Shown here piece after piece: positions 8,738-18,529 of a stretch of 64,000 nt of DNA (positions are counted from its first letter, which is position 1; every line of letters starts with the position of its first letter). The notes beneath the pieces are model-generated. The model did no database searches and was not told the origin of the DNA. It saw only the letters and a program-made list of their open reading frames with translations. This DNA comes from Sedimentisphaerales bacterium. Lineage in GTDB: Bacteria; Planctomycetota; Phycisphaerae; Sedimentisphaerales; Anaerobacaceae. A program made the translations under genes and the position numbers. The stretch spans positions 2,144,001 to 2,208,000 of the forward strand of contig OY970194.1 in assembly GCA_963708075.1 (NCBI GenBank), read 5' to 3'.

Positions 8738-11700
8738 GTGGTGGCATCAAAGAGGTTTCCGTCGGTCGTCGTAACCATCGTGATATTCTGGCTTTGCGGA
8801 TGTCCCCTGGGACGCGTGGGGGATTGTACGGCGAGGGCGGCAGACTTGGCTGGGCCCATGGTCGTCATCAACGAGCTGCACGTCAATCCGGACGTCAAGA
8901 CCGAACTTGTGGAGTATGTCGAGTTGCATAACCCGGGGACGGCTAGTGTGGACCTGAGCGGATGGCGGCTGGATGGCGGGGTGTTCTACACGTTTGCGGC
9001 CGGGAAGGTACTGCCGGCGGGAGGCTACGTGATTGTGGCTGAGAATCCGACCCATATCCGCACCAAGTGGGGCGCGGGGCGGTTTCCCCTGTCATCGGGG
9101 CTCTTGTTCGGGCCGTACGGGGGCAAGCTGGGCAGCGATGGGGATCGGGTCGTGCTGTACGATGCGGCCGGGCAGGTCGTTGATGAGGTCGAGTACCAGC
9201 TCGGCTTCCCCTGGCCGACGGTGGGCGACCCGGTGCCCGAGACCAGCACGGGCACCGGATACTCGATGCAGTTGACGAATCCGCTGTTTGACAACAACCT
9301 CGGGGGCAGTTGGCGGTCCGCGCCGCCCACACCTGCGGCGGTCAATAGCCTGGTCTTTGCGGAGAACATTCCCCCGCAGATCCGGCAGGTGAGGCACTCG
9401 CCCAAGCAGCCGCAGGCCAACGAGGCTGTGACTGTCACGGCAAAAGTGACCGACCCGGATGGCGTCAAGACTGTCACGCTCATGTACCAGGTGGTGACGC
9501 CCGGCGCGTATATCAGCCGGCAGGACGCCCAGTACATCTCCAACTGGACCTCGATCAATATGCACGACGACGGGTTGGCCGGCGACATTGAGATGCTGGA
9601 TGGAATCTACACGGTCCAAGTGCCCGCGTCGGCCCAGAAACACCGGAACCTGGTCCGCTACAGGATTTCCGCGGCCGACAGCACCGGCAAGAGCGTGACC
9701 GTGCCATACGCCGACGACCCCCAGCCAAACTTTGCCTACTTCGTCTATGACGGCGTCCACGGCTGGAAAGGGGCCGCCAGACCGGGTGACACGGGGCAAC
9801 TCGGCCAGGTTGTGGAATACGGCCCGGAGGTGATGAACAGCCTGCCCATCTATCACCTCATCAGCAAGAAGTCGGACGTCGAGGCATGCATGTGGAAAGA
9901 GCAAATCCCGTACAACAGCCTGCAAGCGACCGTCTTCAAGTGGTACGGCACGCTCGTCTATGACGGCGAGGTCTACGACCACATCCGCTACCGCCTCCGC
10001 GGCGGCGTCTGGCGCTACGCCATGGGGAAGAACATGCTGAAGACGTCCCTGCAGAGGGGACATTATTTTCAGGCGAGGGATGATTACGGCAGGAAGTACG
10101 ATACAAAATGGGACACGATCAATTTCTCGGCGTGCATCCAGCAGGGCGACTATCAGCACCGGGGCGAACAGGGGATGTTCGAGGCTGCGGGGTTCAAGCT
10201 GTTCAACCTGATGGGCTGCCCCGCCGCCACGACGAACTGGGTGCACTTCCGCATCATCGACGAGGCCGCCGAGACCGGAGCGACCCAGTACGACGGCGAC
10301 TTCTGGGGCCTGTACATGACGATCGAGCAGATGGACGGCCGATTCCTGGACGAGCACAGCCTGCCCGACGGCAACCTGTACAAGATGGACAGCGGCGCTC
10401 CCGATGCCGGCCCCGGCGGCGGCTCGCTCAACAACCAGGGCCCCACCCAACCCAGCGACCACTCCGATCTCCTGGCGTTCGCCGGCGGCTACCGCAGCCG
10501 GCCGCAGGAGCCCTGGTGGCGGCAGAATGTCAGTCTCTCCCCTTACTACGGCTTCCGCTGCGTCGTCGAGGGCGTGCATCACGGCGACATGGAGAGCGGC
10601 AAAAACTGGTTCTTCTATCACGACCCCGTGACGAACCGCTGGACGATCATGCCCTGGGACCTCGACCTGACCTGGGCCAACAACATGTACGGCACCGGCG
10701 CGGATGAATTCACAAGGAGCAGCATCTTCTCCAACGCCAGTCTCCAGATCGAGTACCAGAACCGCCAGCGGGAGTTCATGGACCTGCTCTACAACAAGGA
10801 CCAGGGGTATCAGGTCCTCGACGATCTCGCGAGCATCATCGATCCCCCGACCGGCGGCCCGACCTTCGTCGGCGCCGATCGCGCCATGTGGGACTATAAC
10901 CCGATCATGAGGTCGAGCTACGTGGACCCGAGCAAGTCCGGACAGGGCCGCTTCTACCAGCGGGCCGCCACGAGGGACTTCCGCGGCATGGTGCAGATCA
11001 TGAAGGATTATATCACGTCGAGCAATCGCGAGTTCAACACGTACTCCGAGGACGCGCAGGCTCCGCAGACGCCCGTGGTCACGGCTACGGGCCCGGCGGG
11101 CTTCCCGCTGAATACCCTGGCATTCCGTGTAAACCCCTTCGCCGACCCGCAGGGAGCCGGCACATTCGCGGCCATGAAGTGGCGCATCGGCGAGGTGGCG
11201 GCCGGCTCGCAGGTCACAGCGCCCCCGCAGGGTTCCGGCGTCCTGCTCCTGCCCGACGGCGCCGCGTGGAAATACTTCAAAGGTCTGAGCGAGCCGTCTG
11301 CCACGCAGGGCGCATGGCGCGGCCTCAATTTCGACGACTCGCAATGGTTGACGGGCAAAACGGCTATCGGCTTCGGCACCAACGAGAACTTCATCGCGAC
11401 TACGCTCAGCGACATGCGAGGCAAATACAGCACAATCTACCTCAGAAATACCTTTGAGGTGGCCAGCCTCACCACCTTCGGCAACCTCATCCTTGAGGTC
11501 AGGCTCGACGACGGCGTCAACGTCTGGATCAATGGCAAGCTCGCTTACCAGGAGAACGTATCCTCGGCTGAAATACCTTACAACGGCCTTGCGACCGCCA
11601 ACATCGAGGAATGGACTTTTGGCCGACACGACCTCGGCGCACCCGCCACGTGGCTGGTGCGGGGCACGAACGTGATCGCCGTGCAGTTGCTCAACGGGTC

Positions 11701-13456
11701 GCTCAGTGGCAGCTCGGATTGCTTCGTCGATATCCGGCTGAGTGGGGAGAAGACTCAAAACGGTGGCACGGAGCAGCCGCCTGTGACGCAGGTGTACCAG
11801 CGCGAGGCGGGCAGGTATGAGATTGAGCCTCTCTGGGAGAGCGCGGAGTTGACGACGTTCAACGCGGATGCGAAGATTCCTGCCTCGGTGGTTCGCGAGG
11901 GGCGAACGTATCGGGTCCGCTGCCGGATGAAAGATACCTCCGGCCGCTGGAGCCACTGGTCGGCCCCGGTGCAGTTCGTGGCCGGTGAGCCCATTGCCGC
12001 AGGGATCCTGGCGGACCTGCGAGTGACGGAACTGATGTACAATCCCGCCGTTCTGGCGAGTGATGCGTTCGACAGCGAGGAATACGAGTACATCGAACTC
12101 AAGAACACAGGCGATGATACGCTCGATCTGGGCAGCGTCTCGCTTACGAATGGCGTTACTTTCGATTTCCAGGGCAGTGCCGTTACGAGTCTTGGCCCGG
12201 GCAAGTTCGTGCTGGTAGTCCGGAACAAAGCGGCGTTCACCTCCCGTTATGGCTCGGCATTGTCTTCGATCATCGCCGGCCAGTACCAGGGCAAGCTGGC
12301 GAATAATGGCGAGAAGGTCGCTCTCGTGGACTTCTGGAATGGCACGGTCGCCGAGTTCGAGTATGGCGACGGCCGAGGCTGGCCCCTGGCGGCCGATGGA
12401 GGCGGGCACTCCCTGGTGCCGCTGGAGACAGCGTTACTGGGCCAGCCACAGGGCTCGTTGAACTATCCCGGCAACTGGCGCGCGAGCACGAATATGGGCG
12501 GCTCGCCGGGCCAGGATGATCCGGCACTCCCGCAGACAGTGGTGATCAATGAGTTTGTAGCCAACGGCGCCACACCGACAGCCGATGACTGGGTGGAGTT
12601 GTACAACCCCACGGCAGCCAGTGTAAGTCTTGCGAATTGGTATCTCAGCGATGATGTGGCCGAGCCCGGCAAGTACAAACTTCCGGCGGTGTCGGTACCT
12701 TCTCTGGGATACGTCCGATTCGACAATCTCCAGGGCTTTGGCCTGGGCAGTGATGGCGAGGACCTGCTGCTGTCGTATCTGCCGGGCACAGCCCAGGACC
12801 GGATCGCCGATGCAGTCTCGTTCAAAGCCCAGGAGGCAGGCATCTCGCTCGGCCGCTATCCGGATGGCGGAGCCTACTGGTTCCGAATGACGCCCTCACA
12901 AGCCAAAGCCAACACAACGCCGCTGCTGTCGGTGGTCATTGATGAGATCATGTACAGTCCCATTGATCCGAATGAAGAATACATCGAGCTATACAATCCA
13001 ACATCACAAGCAGTCGCCTTGACCACGCAGACCATTCCTTGGCGTCTGGATGGCGCGGTGGACTACAACTTCCCCGCGAGTGCCTCGATTGCCGCCGGCG
13101 GCCGGATCGTGGTAGTCGGCTTCGACCCGCAGACGGAGCCCGCTCGCGTGACAGAGTTCGCCGCCGCCTACGGCGGACAACTCACAGCGAATGTGAATCT
13201 CTTCGGCCCCTGGCAGGGCAATCTGTCGAATGAGGGCGAGCGAGTGGCATTGGACAAGCCGCAGGTGGGTACCGATCCTGTTGACATCGGCTGGGTGGTC
13301 CTGGATGAAGTGATCTACAGTCCCGTCGCTCCCTGGCCCGCCGGCACAGACGCCACCGGCGACTGCCTCCAAAGGCAGCACGCGGACGAAACTCACAGCG
13401 GCAGCGACCCCGCCAACTGGCAAACCGCCGCCCCCACCCCCGGCAGAACGCCATAG
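8738..13456 (+). CDS. Large secreted lamin-tail domain + CotH kinase-family protein (~1570 aa)
   Basis: Four LTD-like modules (VINELH/VTELMY/VINEFV/VIDEIMY...EYIELxN); CotH motifs GLYMTIEQMD, KNWFFY, PWDLDLTW; beta-sandwich WKYFKG...DDG. GTG 8738 chosen from the RBS and alignment to the paralogue. Confidence 0.88.
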   Translation: MVASKRFPSVVVTIVIFWLCGCPLGRVGDCTARAADLAGPMVVINELHVNPDVKTELVEYVELHNPGTASVDLSGWRLDGGVFYTFAAGKVLPAGGYVIVAENPTHIRTKWGAGRFPLSSGLLFGPYGGKLGSDGDRVVLYDAAGQVVDEVEYQLGFPWPTVGDPVPETSTGTGYSMQLTNPLFDNNLGGSWRSAPPTPAAVNSLVFAENIPPQIRQVRHSPKQPQANEAVTVTAKVTDPDGVKTVTLMYQVVTPGAYISRQDAQYISNWTSINMHDDGLAGDIEMLDGIYTVQVPASAQKHRNLVRYRISAADSTGKSVTVPYADDPQPNFAYFVYDGVHGWKGAARPGDTGQLGQVVEYGPEVMNSLPIYHLISKKSDVEACMWKEQIPYNSLQATVFKWYGTLVYDGEVYDHIRYRLRGGVWRYAMGKNMLKTSLQRGHYFQARDDYGRKYDTKWDTINFSACIQQGDYQHRGEQGMFEAAGFKLFNLMGCPAATTNWVHFRIIDEAAETGATQYDGDFWGLYMTIEQMDGRFLDEHSLPDGNLYKMDSGAPDAGPGGGSLNNQGPTQPSDHSDLLAFAGGYRSRPQEPWWRQNVSLSPYYGFRCVVEGVHHGDMESGKNWFFYHDPVTNRWTIMPWDLDLTWANNMYGTGADEFTRSSIFSNASLQIEYQNRQREFMDLLYNKDQGYQVLDDLASIIDPPTGGPTFVGADRAMWDYNPIMRSSYVDPSKSGQGRFYQRAATRDFRGMVQIMKDYITSSNREFNTYSEDAQAPQTPVVTATGPAGFPLNTLAFRVNPFADPQGAGTFAAMKWRIGEVAAGSQVTAPPQGSGVLLLPDGAAWKYFKGLSEPSATQGAWRGLNFDDSQWLTGKTAIGFGTNENFIATTLSDMRGKYSTIYLRNTFEVASLTTFGNLILEVRLDDGVNVWINGKLAYQENVSSAEIPYNGLATANIEEWTFGRHDLGAPATWLVRGTNVIAVQLLNGSLSGSSDCFVDIRLSGEKTQNGGTEQPPVTQVYQREAGRYEIEPLWESAELTTFNADAKIPASVVREGRTYRVRCRMKDTSGRWSHWSAPVQFVAGEPIAAGILADLRVTELMYNPAVLASDAFDSEEYEYIELKNTGDDTLDLGSVSLTNGVTFDFQGSAVTSLGPGKFVLVVRNKAAFTSRYGSALSSIIAGQYQGKLANNGEKVALVDFWNGTVAEFEYGDGRGWPLAADGGGHSLVPLETALLGQPQGSLNYPGNWRASTNMGGSPGQDDPALPQTVVINEFVANGATPTADDWVELYNPTAASVSLANWYLSDDVAEPGKYKLPAVSVPSLGYVRFDNLQGFGLGSDGEDLLLSYLPGTAQDRIADAVSFKAQEAGISLGRYPDGGAYWFRMTPSQAKANTTPLLSVVIDEIMYSPIDPNEEYIELYNPTSQAVALTTQTIPWRLDGAVDYNFPASASIAAGGRIVVVGFDPQTEPARVTEFAAAYGGQLTANVNLFGPWQGNLSNEGERVALDKPQVGTDPVDIGWVVLDEVIYSPVAPWPAGTDATGDCLQRQHADETHSGSDPANWQTAAPTPGRTP

Positions 13457-13495
13457 GGAGGGATCAGGTTCTCAGGGATCAGTACGTCCTGAGGC

Positions 13496-13560
13496 CAAAT
13501 TCGAAATCCGAATATCGAAACCCGAAACAAGCACGAAGGACCGAAATCCCAAATTCAAAA
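13496..13560. repeat. Degenerate heptamer array (TCGAAAT/CCGAAAT)
   Basis: AAATTCGAAATCCGAATATCGAAACCCGAAAC; same family as 648-676. Confidence 0.7.
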
Positions 13561-13758
13561 CGGGGCGGGTGCCGGGTGCCATGCCTGCGCTCGCGCAGGC
13601 ATGTTCTATATGCACAAATCAAATCGCGAAGAGTCCGAAGAGTACGAGGAACGCCAAGGACGATAGAAACAGGAAATTATGGTCTGTGCATGTCCTGTAT
13701 AGCCAATGTGAAATGTGTAGGTGCGACCCCCGGCTCTGATGCCCCTTACTCCCAGCAA

Positions 13759-14559
13759 TCAGTTGGCGCGTTCCAGGGGCCGCACGCTGACCTCCTTGAA
13801 CCAAACCACATCGCCGGGATCGTGATTCTGGAGTCCGATGTAACCGTGCGTCGGGCGTTTCAATTCGCGGATCGGCTCCGTCCAGTTCTTGCGGGGCGGA
13901 TTGTCCGGTGCAGTTGGATCGAATGAACTGAGCCGTTTGGCGTCCACGTCCACGGTGATGCGTTCACCGTCGAGGGTGATTATCATCGTGCGCCAGTCTG
14001 ACAGCGGCTTCTCAGGAACCGGTGCGGCTTTGGCCAGAGAGTAGATCGCCCCGGTGCGATGCCATGCGTCGGTGTCATCGAGGATCTGCACTTCGTAGCC
14101 GTGATGGACCGGGTACCAGCCGCCGAGATGCTTCTCGGATGCTTCTTTCAGCTTCTCGATCATCTCCGGGGACAGCTTGCCCTTGGCATCGCGATGTACC
14201 TCGGGCGATTTCTCGCCGACCTTCGCGAGCACGCCATCGTCGATGCGCACGAAGACACCTGCATTAGACTTGAGCTTCTCACACCGATAGACGATGCGAA
14301 TCTGGCAATCGCCGAACTTCCGGGGTCTGTAGAGCAGCAAGCCCATGCCGCGATCATCGCATTCGGTGCATAGCGCCCCGCCGTCAATGACAAATCCACC
14401 CCAACCTACCTGCGCCCACGCCGCGTCGATCTTGCCATCGGTGATGAGCGGCAGGACACGCCATTGGCTATCAGCCGGAACCACGCGATCGCCGGCACAC
14501 ACGAAGGTCGCCGGAATGCACAATAGCGCCAAGATGACGCAGGAGAATCGCGATTTCAT
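13759..14559 (-). CDS. DUF1080 / 3-keto-disaccharide hydrolase family protein
   Basis: SNAGVFVR, GYEVQILDD, TGAIY, HGYIGLQNHD...VWFKEV; signal peptide. Alternative start at 14583. Confidence 0.88.
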   Translation of the reverse strand: MKSRFSCVILALLCIPATFVCAGDRVVPADSQWRVLPLITDGKIDAAWAQVGWGGFVIDGGALCTECDDRGMGLLLYRPRKFGDCQIRIVYRCEKLKSNAGVFVRIDDGVLAKVGEKSPEVHRDAKGKLSPEMIEKLKEASEKHLGGWYPVHHGYEVQILDDTDAWHRTGAIYSLAKAAPVPEKPLSDWRTMIITLDGERITVDVDAKRLSSFDPTAPDNPPRKNWTEPIRELKRPTHGYIGLQNHDPGDVVWFKEVSVRPLERAN

Positions 14560-15128
14560 CGACTCACAGAAGCTCTTATCCATACCGCACTCCACAATTA
14601 CCAAGTAGACAATCATCTCAGAAGCCAGTATTCCATTGTAGGGGCATGGCTATGCACGGGCAAATGGGAAACGGGTAAAACGGCCTCGTTCAAAAGCGGG
14701 TCACACTCTCGATGGTGCTGTCTTGATCGGGGCGGACCATCCGACACCCACGGGCAAGCGAGTTGGCTTCGTCCCATTCCCTTGAGATGAGTCCGATGCA
14801 GACTCCCCAGCCGGATGGCATCGGCAAAGCCGAAGGCTTTGCCGATGGCGAATGGGCAAACCATCGGCAAGCTCGCGCTTGCCGCTGCCACCCAGAACTC
14901 GAAAACCTGGGACGAACCCAACGAGTTTGCTCGTGTCACCCATCCTATGCCCGGGGGTGTTACCAAAGAACGAACGAAACTGAACCAAGCCAATTTGCAG
15001 AAAGTCAGAGGAACGTCAACTGCTGTTTGGAGGAGAGCTTATGAGAGAGACTGTGGGTTATGCATGTGCAAAAATAACCCATTCCCAGAATTTGGGTTGG
15101 GGCCGGATAATATGAGTCGCGTGGTGTC

Positions 15129-15156
15129 TTGACGGGGCGGTGCGGGGGTGTATACT
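15129..15156 (+). promoter_or_regulatory. Sigma70-like promoter TTGACG-16-TATACT for aroA-aroC
   Basis: Near-consensus boxes about 40 nt upstream of the aroA ATG. Confidence 0.6.
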
Positions 15157-15196
15157 GTCGGCACGATTGGTCTGGCAGTTTCAAAGAGAGGTCATA

Positions 15197-16475
15197 ATGC
15201 AGCTTATATCAAGGAAATCCCGGCTTAAAGGAACTGTAGCGATCCCCGCGTCGAAGTCGCATACGATTCGTGCGGTGGCGATTGCGTCGCTGGCAAGTGG
15301 GCAGAGTATCATCCGCGAGCCGCTGTGGTCGGGCGACACGGAGGCGGCGGTCCTGTGCTACGGCGCCTTCGGCGCCAGGATCGACCGGAGCAATCCCGCT
15401 GCCTGGAAGGTGAATGGCATCGGCGGGCGGGTCGTGCCGCCCCAGGAGACGATTGACGTGCTCAATTCGGGCACTACGCTCCGTGTGGCGATGGGATCAG
15501 CCGCCCTGGCTGAGCCGGGGCAGGTGACGAGCTTCACCGGCGACGAGCAGATCCAGAGCCGGCCGATCGCCCCGCTGATGCAGTCCCTGGAGGAACTCGG
15601 GGCCAAGTGCGTCAGCGTGAAGAACAACGGCAAGGCCCCGGTCAAGATCTGGGGCAGGCTCAAGGGTGGGCGGACCTCCATCGAGGCGTTCACGAGCCAG
15701 TACCTGTCCAGCCTCCTGCTGTGCACGCCGCTGGCGCTGGGCGACACCGATATCGACGTGACTCTGCTCAACGAGCCGGGCTATGTGCAGATGACCCTGG
15801 ACTGGCTGGACAAGCAAGGGATCAAGTATGAGCACGATGGTCTGCGCCGGTTCCACATGCGAGGCGGCCAGAGCTACAAGTCGTACGATCTGCCCGTGCC
15901 CGCCGATTTCTCCAGCGCTACGTTCTTCCTCTGCGCCGCAGCGATGTTCGGGGATGGGGTCACGCTGAAAGGCCTTGATTTCTCCGACAGCCAGCCGGAC
16001 AAGAAGGTGGTCGATTACCTCCGCGCCATGGGCGCCGACATCACGACTTCACCCGACAGCATCACGGTGAAAGCGTCGCATCTCAGGGGCGTGACCATCG
16101 ACATGAACGAGACTCCCGACGCCCTGCCGGCGATGGCCGTCACGGCCGCATTTGCGGAGGGCACGACCAGGCTCGTCAATGTCCCTCAGGCCCGATCCAA
16201 GGAGACCGACCGGATCAAGTGCATGGCGGAAGAGCTGACGAAGATGGGCGGGAAAGTGGAGGAGTTGGCCGACGGCCTCGTCGTGCATCACAGCAAGCTC
16301 AAGGCCGCCCACCTGGACGGGCGGGCCGATCATCGGATCGTGATGGCACTATCGCTGGCGGCCATGGGATTGAAGGAGCCGTGCACGATCGAGAACCGCC
16401 GAGGCGATCAAGGTCACGTTCCCCGAGTTCGTGACGCTCATGCAATTCCTCGGCGCCGATATGGAACTTCGATGA
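15197..16475 (+). CDS. aroA: 3-phosphoshikimate 1-carboxyvinyltransferase (one +1 frameshift at ~16394)
   Basis: PASKSHTIR, NSGTTLR, SQYLSSLL, KETDRI, DHRIVM; removing one A in GAGAACC restores ETAEAIKVTFPEF...* (425 aa). Confidence 0.95.
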
Positions 16476-16541
16476 AACCGACGATTCGCCGTTTAGATCG
16501 TAATTCGTAAATCATAAATCGTAAATTCAAGGGTACCTCAA

Positions 16542-17870
16542 ATGCTTGGATGTCATCTTGGGCGTTTGTTTCAGGTTACGATAGCGGGCGGGTCGTATCA
16601 GGAGGGGCTCACGAGCGTTCTGCAGGGCGTGCCGCCGGGAATCCTGCTGACGGAGCAGGAGATTTACGGCGATCTGCTGCTGAGGAAGCCGGGGGCGGAT
16701 GAGCTGTCGAGCCCTCGCAAGGAGCCCGATCTGCCGATCATCTACACAGGGATCAACGCGGCGGATACCATTGAGAACGCGGGGAACGTAAACCACACGA
16801 ACGGCACGCCGCTGACGATCCTCATCCCCAACCTGGACCGCCATTTCATCCATATCAAGCAGTACCAGGACACGAACCGCACACCCCGGCCGGGCCACGC
16901 GTCCTATGCTAGCTTCGTGAAGTACGGCCCGGACGACGACGCCATCGGCGCGGGTTTTTTCAGCGGCCGATACACATCCACCATCGTGGCCGCCGGCTGC
17001 GTGGCCAAGAAGGTGCTGCGCAAGTGCGGTATCGAGGTCTTCGCCTACGCCAAGGAGATCGCCGGCGTGCGATGTCCCGACCTGCCGCACGACAAGGCCC
17101 TGCAGCGCACCGACGCCTACAAGACGATGCGGCACGATCTCGACCCATTCTACCAGGAGCTGTACGTCAAGGGGCGCCTGCACATGGGCATGCGATTCCT
17201 GGAGAAGACCGCGGTAATGGCCCAGGTGGAAAAGGAGATTGACCAAATCCGCGACAAGGCGCCAAGAGTGGCGCCGGAGCAGGTCCGCGAGAAATACAAC
17301 GTCCATCCCGTGCTGAACTGCCCGGATATTGACGCGGCACAGGCGATGGTCGAGGCCTGCAACCGGATCTGTGCCACAGGCGATTCGGCCGGCGGGGTCG
17401 TCGAGGTCGTGGTGCTCGGAGTCCCGACGGGCTTGGGCGAACCCATGTTCTACAAGCTCGACGCCGAGCTGGGAAAGATGCTGGGCATCGGGGCCGTCAA
17501 GGGCGTCGAAGTCGGCGCGGGGTTCGCCGTCAAGGACATGACGGGCTACCAGAACAACGACCAGATGTACGCCAGGGACGGCAAGGTCGTGTTTCAGTCG
17601 AACAATGCCGGCGGGATCACAGGCGGCCTGGCAACCGGGCAGCCGATCATCGTCCGCCTGGCCGTCAAGCCCACGCCAACCATCGCCAGGCCTCAGCATA
17701 CGGTCGACAAGTACACGCTGGAGAACAGGGACCTGGCCGCCATCACGCGGCGCGACCCGACGATCGTCGCCCGGGTCTGGCCCGTCGCCGAGAACTACAC
17801 GGCGCTGGTGATCCTGGACCATTTGATGATGCACTACGGTTACCAGGCGATCAAAGACCGCATGGCGTAG
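16542..17870 (+). CDS. aroC: Chorismate synthase (long form)
   Basis: PRPGHA, SGRYT, GDSAGG, GLGEP, AVKGVEVGAGF, SNNAGGITGG, KPTPTI, RRDP. Confidence 0.92.
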   Translation: MLGCHLGRLFQVTIAGGSYQEGLTSVLQGVPPGILLTEQEIYGDLLLRKPGADELSSPRKEPDLPIIYTGINAADTIENAGNVNHTNGTPLTILIPNLDRHFIHIKQYQDTNRTPRPGHASYASFVKYGPDDDAIGAGFFSGRYTSTIVAAGCVAKKVLRKCGIEVFAYAKEIAGVRCPDLPHDKALQRTDAYKTMRHDLDPFYQELYVKGRLHMGMRFLEKTAVMAQVEKEIDQIRDKAPRVAPEQVREKYNVHPVLNCPDIDAAQAMVEACNRICATGDSAGGVVEVVVLGVPTGLGEPMFYKLDAELGKMLGIGAVKGVEVGAGFAVKDMTGYQNNDQMYARDGKVVFQSNNAGGITGGLATGQPIIVRLAVKPTPTIARPQHTVDKYTLENRDLAAITRRDPTIVARVWPVAENYTALVILDHLMMHYGYQAIKDRMA

Positions 17871-18042
17871 AATCGCAACTCATGCCAAGCCATCGGCAAG
17901 CTGCGTATAGTACCTGTTTGGCCTGAAAAGACCCAATCTTGGGTGGCACGGGCAGACTCGTTGGATGCGTCCCAAGTTGTTGAGATTGGACTGTCGGCAA
18001 TGAACGCCGCGAACGCAGGTTCTGACAGTCCCCCCGGGTGCG

Positions 18043-18246
18043 CTGCCCCCAGACCCCCGGCATTTTCCGCTTTGAGCCAGCAGCATGGAACGCAGAGCAA
18101 GCTTCTCCCACGGCCGGGGCTAAGCGATCCGGCTGTACGAAGACCCTGGATTCCTCAGCGCAATCGCCTCGGCGGAAGGCCTCTCGGCCCTACCATGCGA
18201 TTGGCCCAACGCGCCAAATGCCGGGGTTTCAGGGGCAGAACCCCTG
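18043..18246. repeat. Long imperfect inverted-repeat element
   Basis: CTGCCCCCAGACCCCCGGCATTT ... AAATGCCGGGGTTTCAGGGGCAG form complementary arms. Confidence 0.6.
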
Positions 18247-18529
18247 ACATCGTCAGACGAGGCCACACCATCAATGGACCTGCGACCATGAAGGCGTTCC
18301 TCCTGCGAGAGTCCAGATCTCAAGAAAATGGGACGTTGCCAACAAGTCTGGCGGTGCCACCCGGCGAGCAGGAAGCCTCAGGCTATACACGTACTACGCT
18401 TGCTGCTGCCACCCGTCGCCGGCAGGCTGTCCCCTGCCCTGCGGCGTCCTTCACTCGCGCAAGAACTTGGCCCCGGACGGGTCCGGGGCCAAGTCACAAT
18501 TCCCTATGTCAGGCTGCTGGCTGTGAGGC

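Noticed and set aside
9092..12409. Long antisense ORFs (also 20463..22649, 23244..26153, 28989..31142, 32501..34342, 36473..38419)
   Set aside because: Shadow frames of GC-rich genes on the opposite strand, with no recognisable motifs.
14810..14890. c-di-GMP-I riboswitch (GGCAAACC)
   Set aside because: The second conserved stem and GCAAA context were not found; better explained as palindromic repeats. An Rfam scan would settle it.
15197..16475. aroA, gspC, secretin and giant gene as true pseudogenes or programmed frameshifts
   Set aside because: Single-base indels at one shared motif or in homopolymers, no other decay and no slippery sequence; sequencing error is more parsimonious, though unproven.
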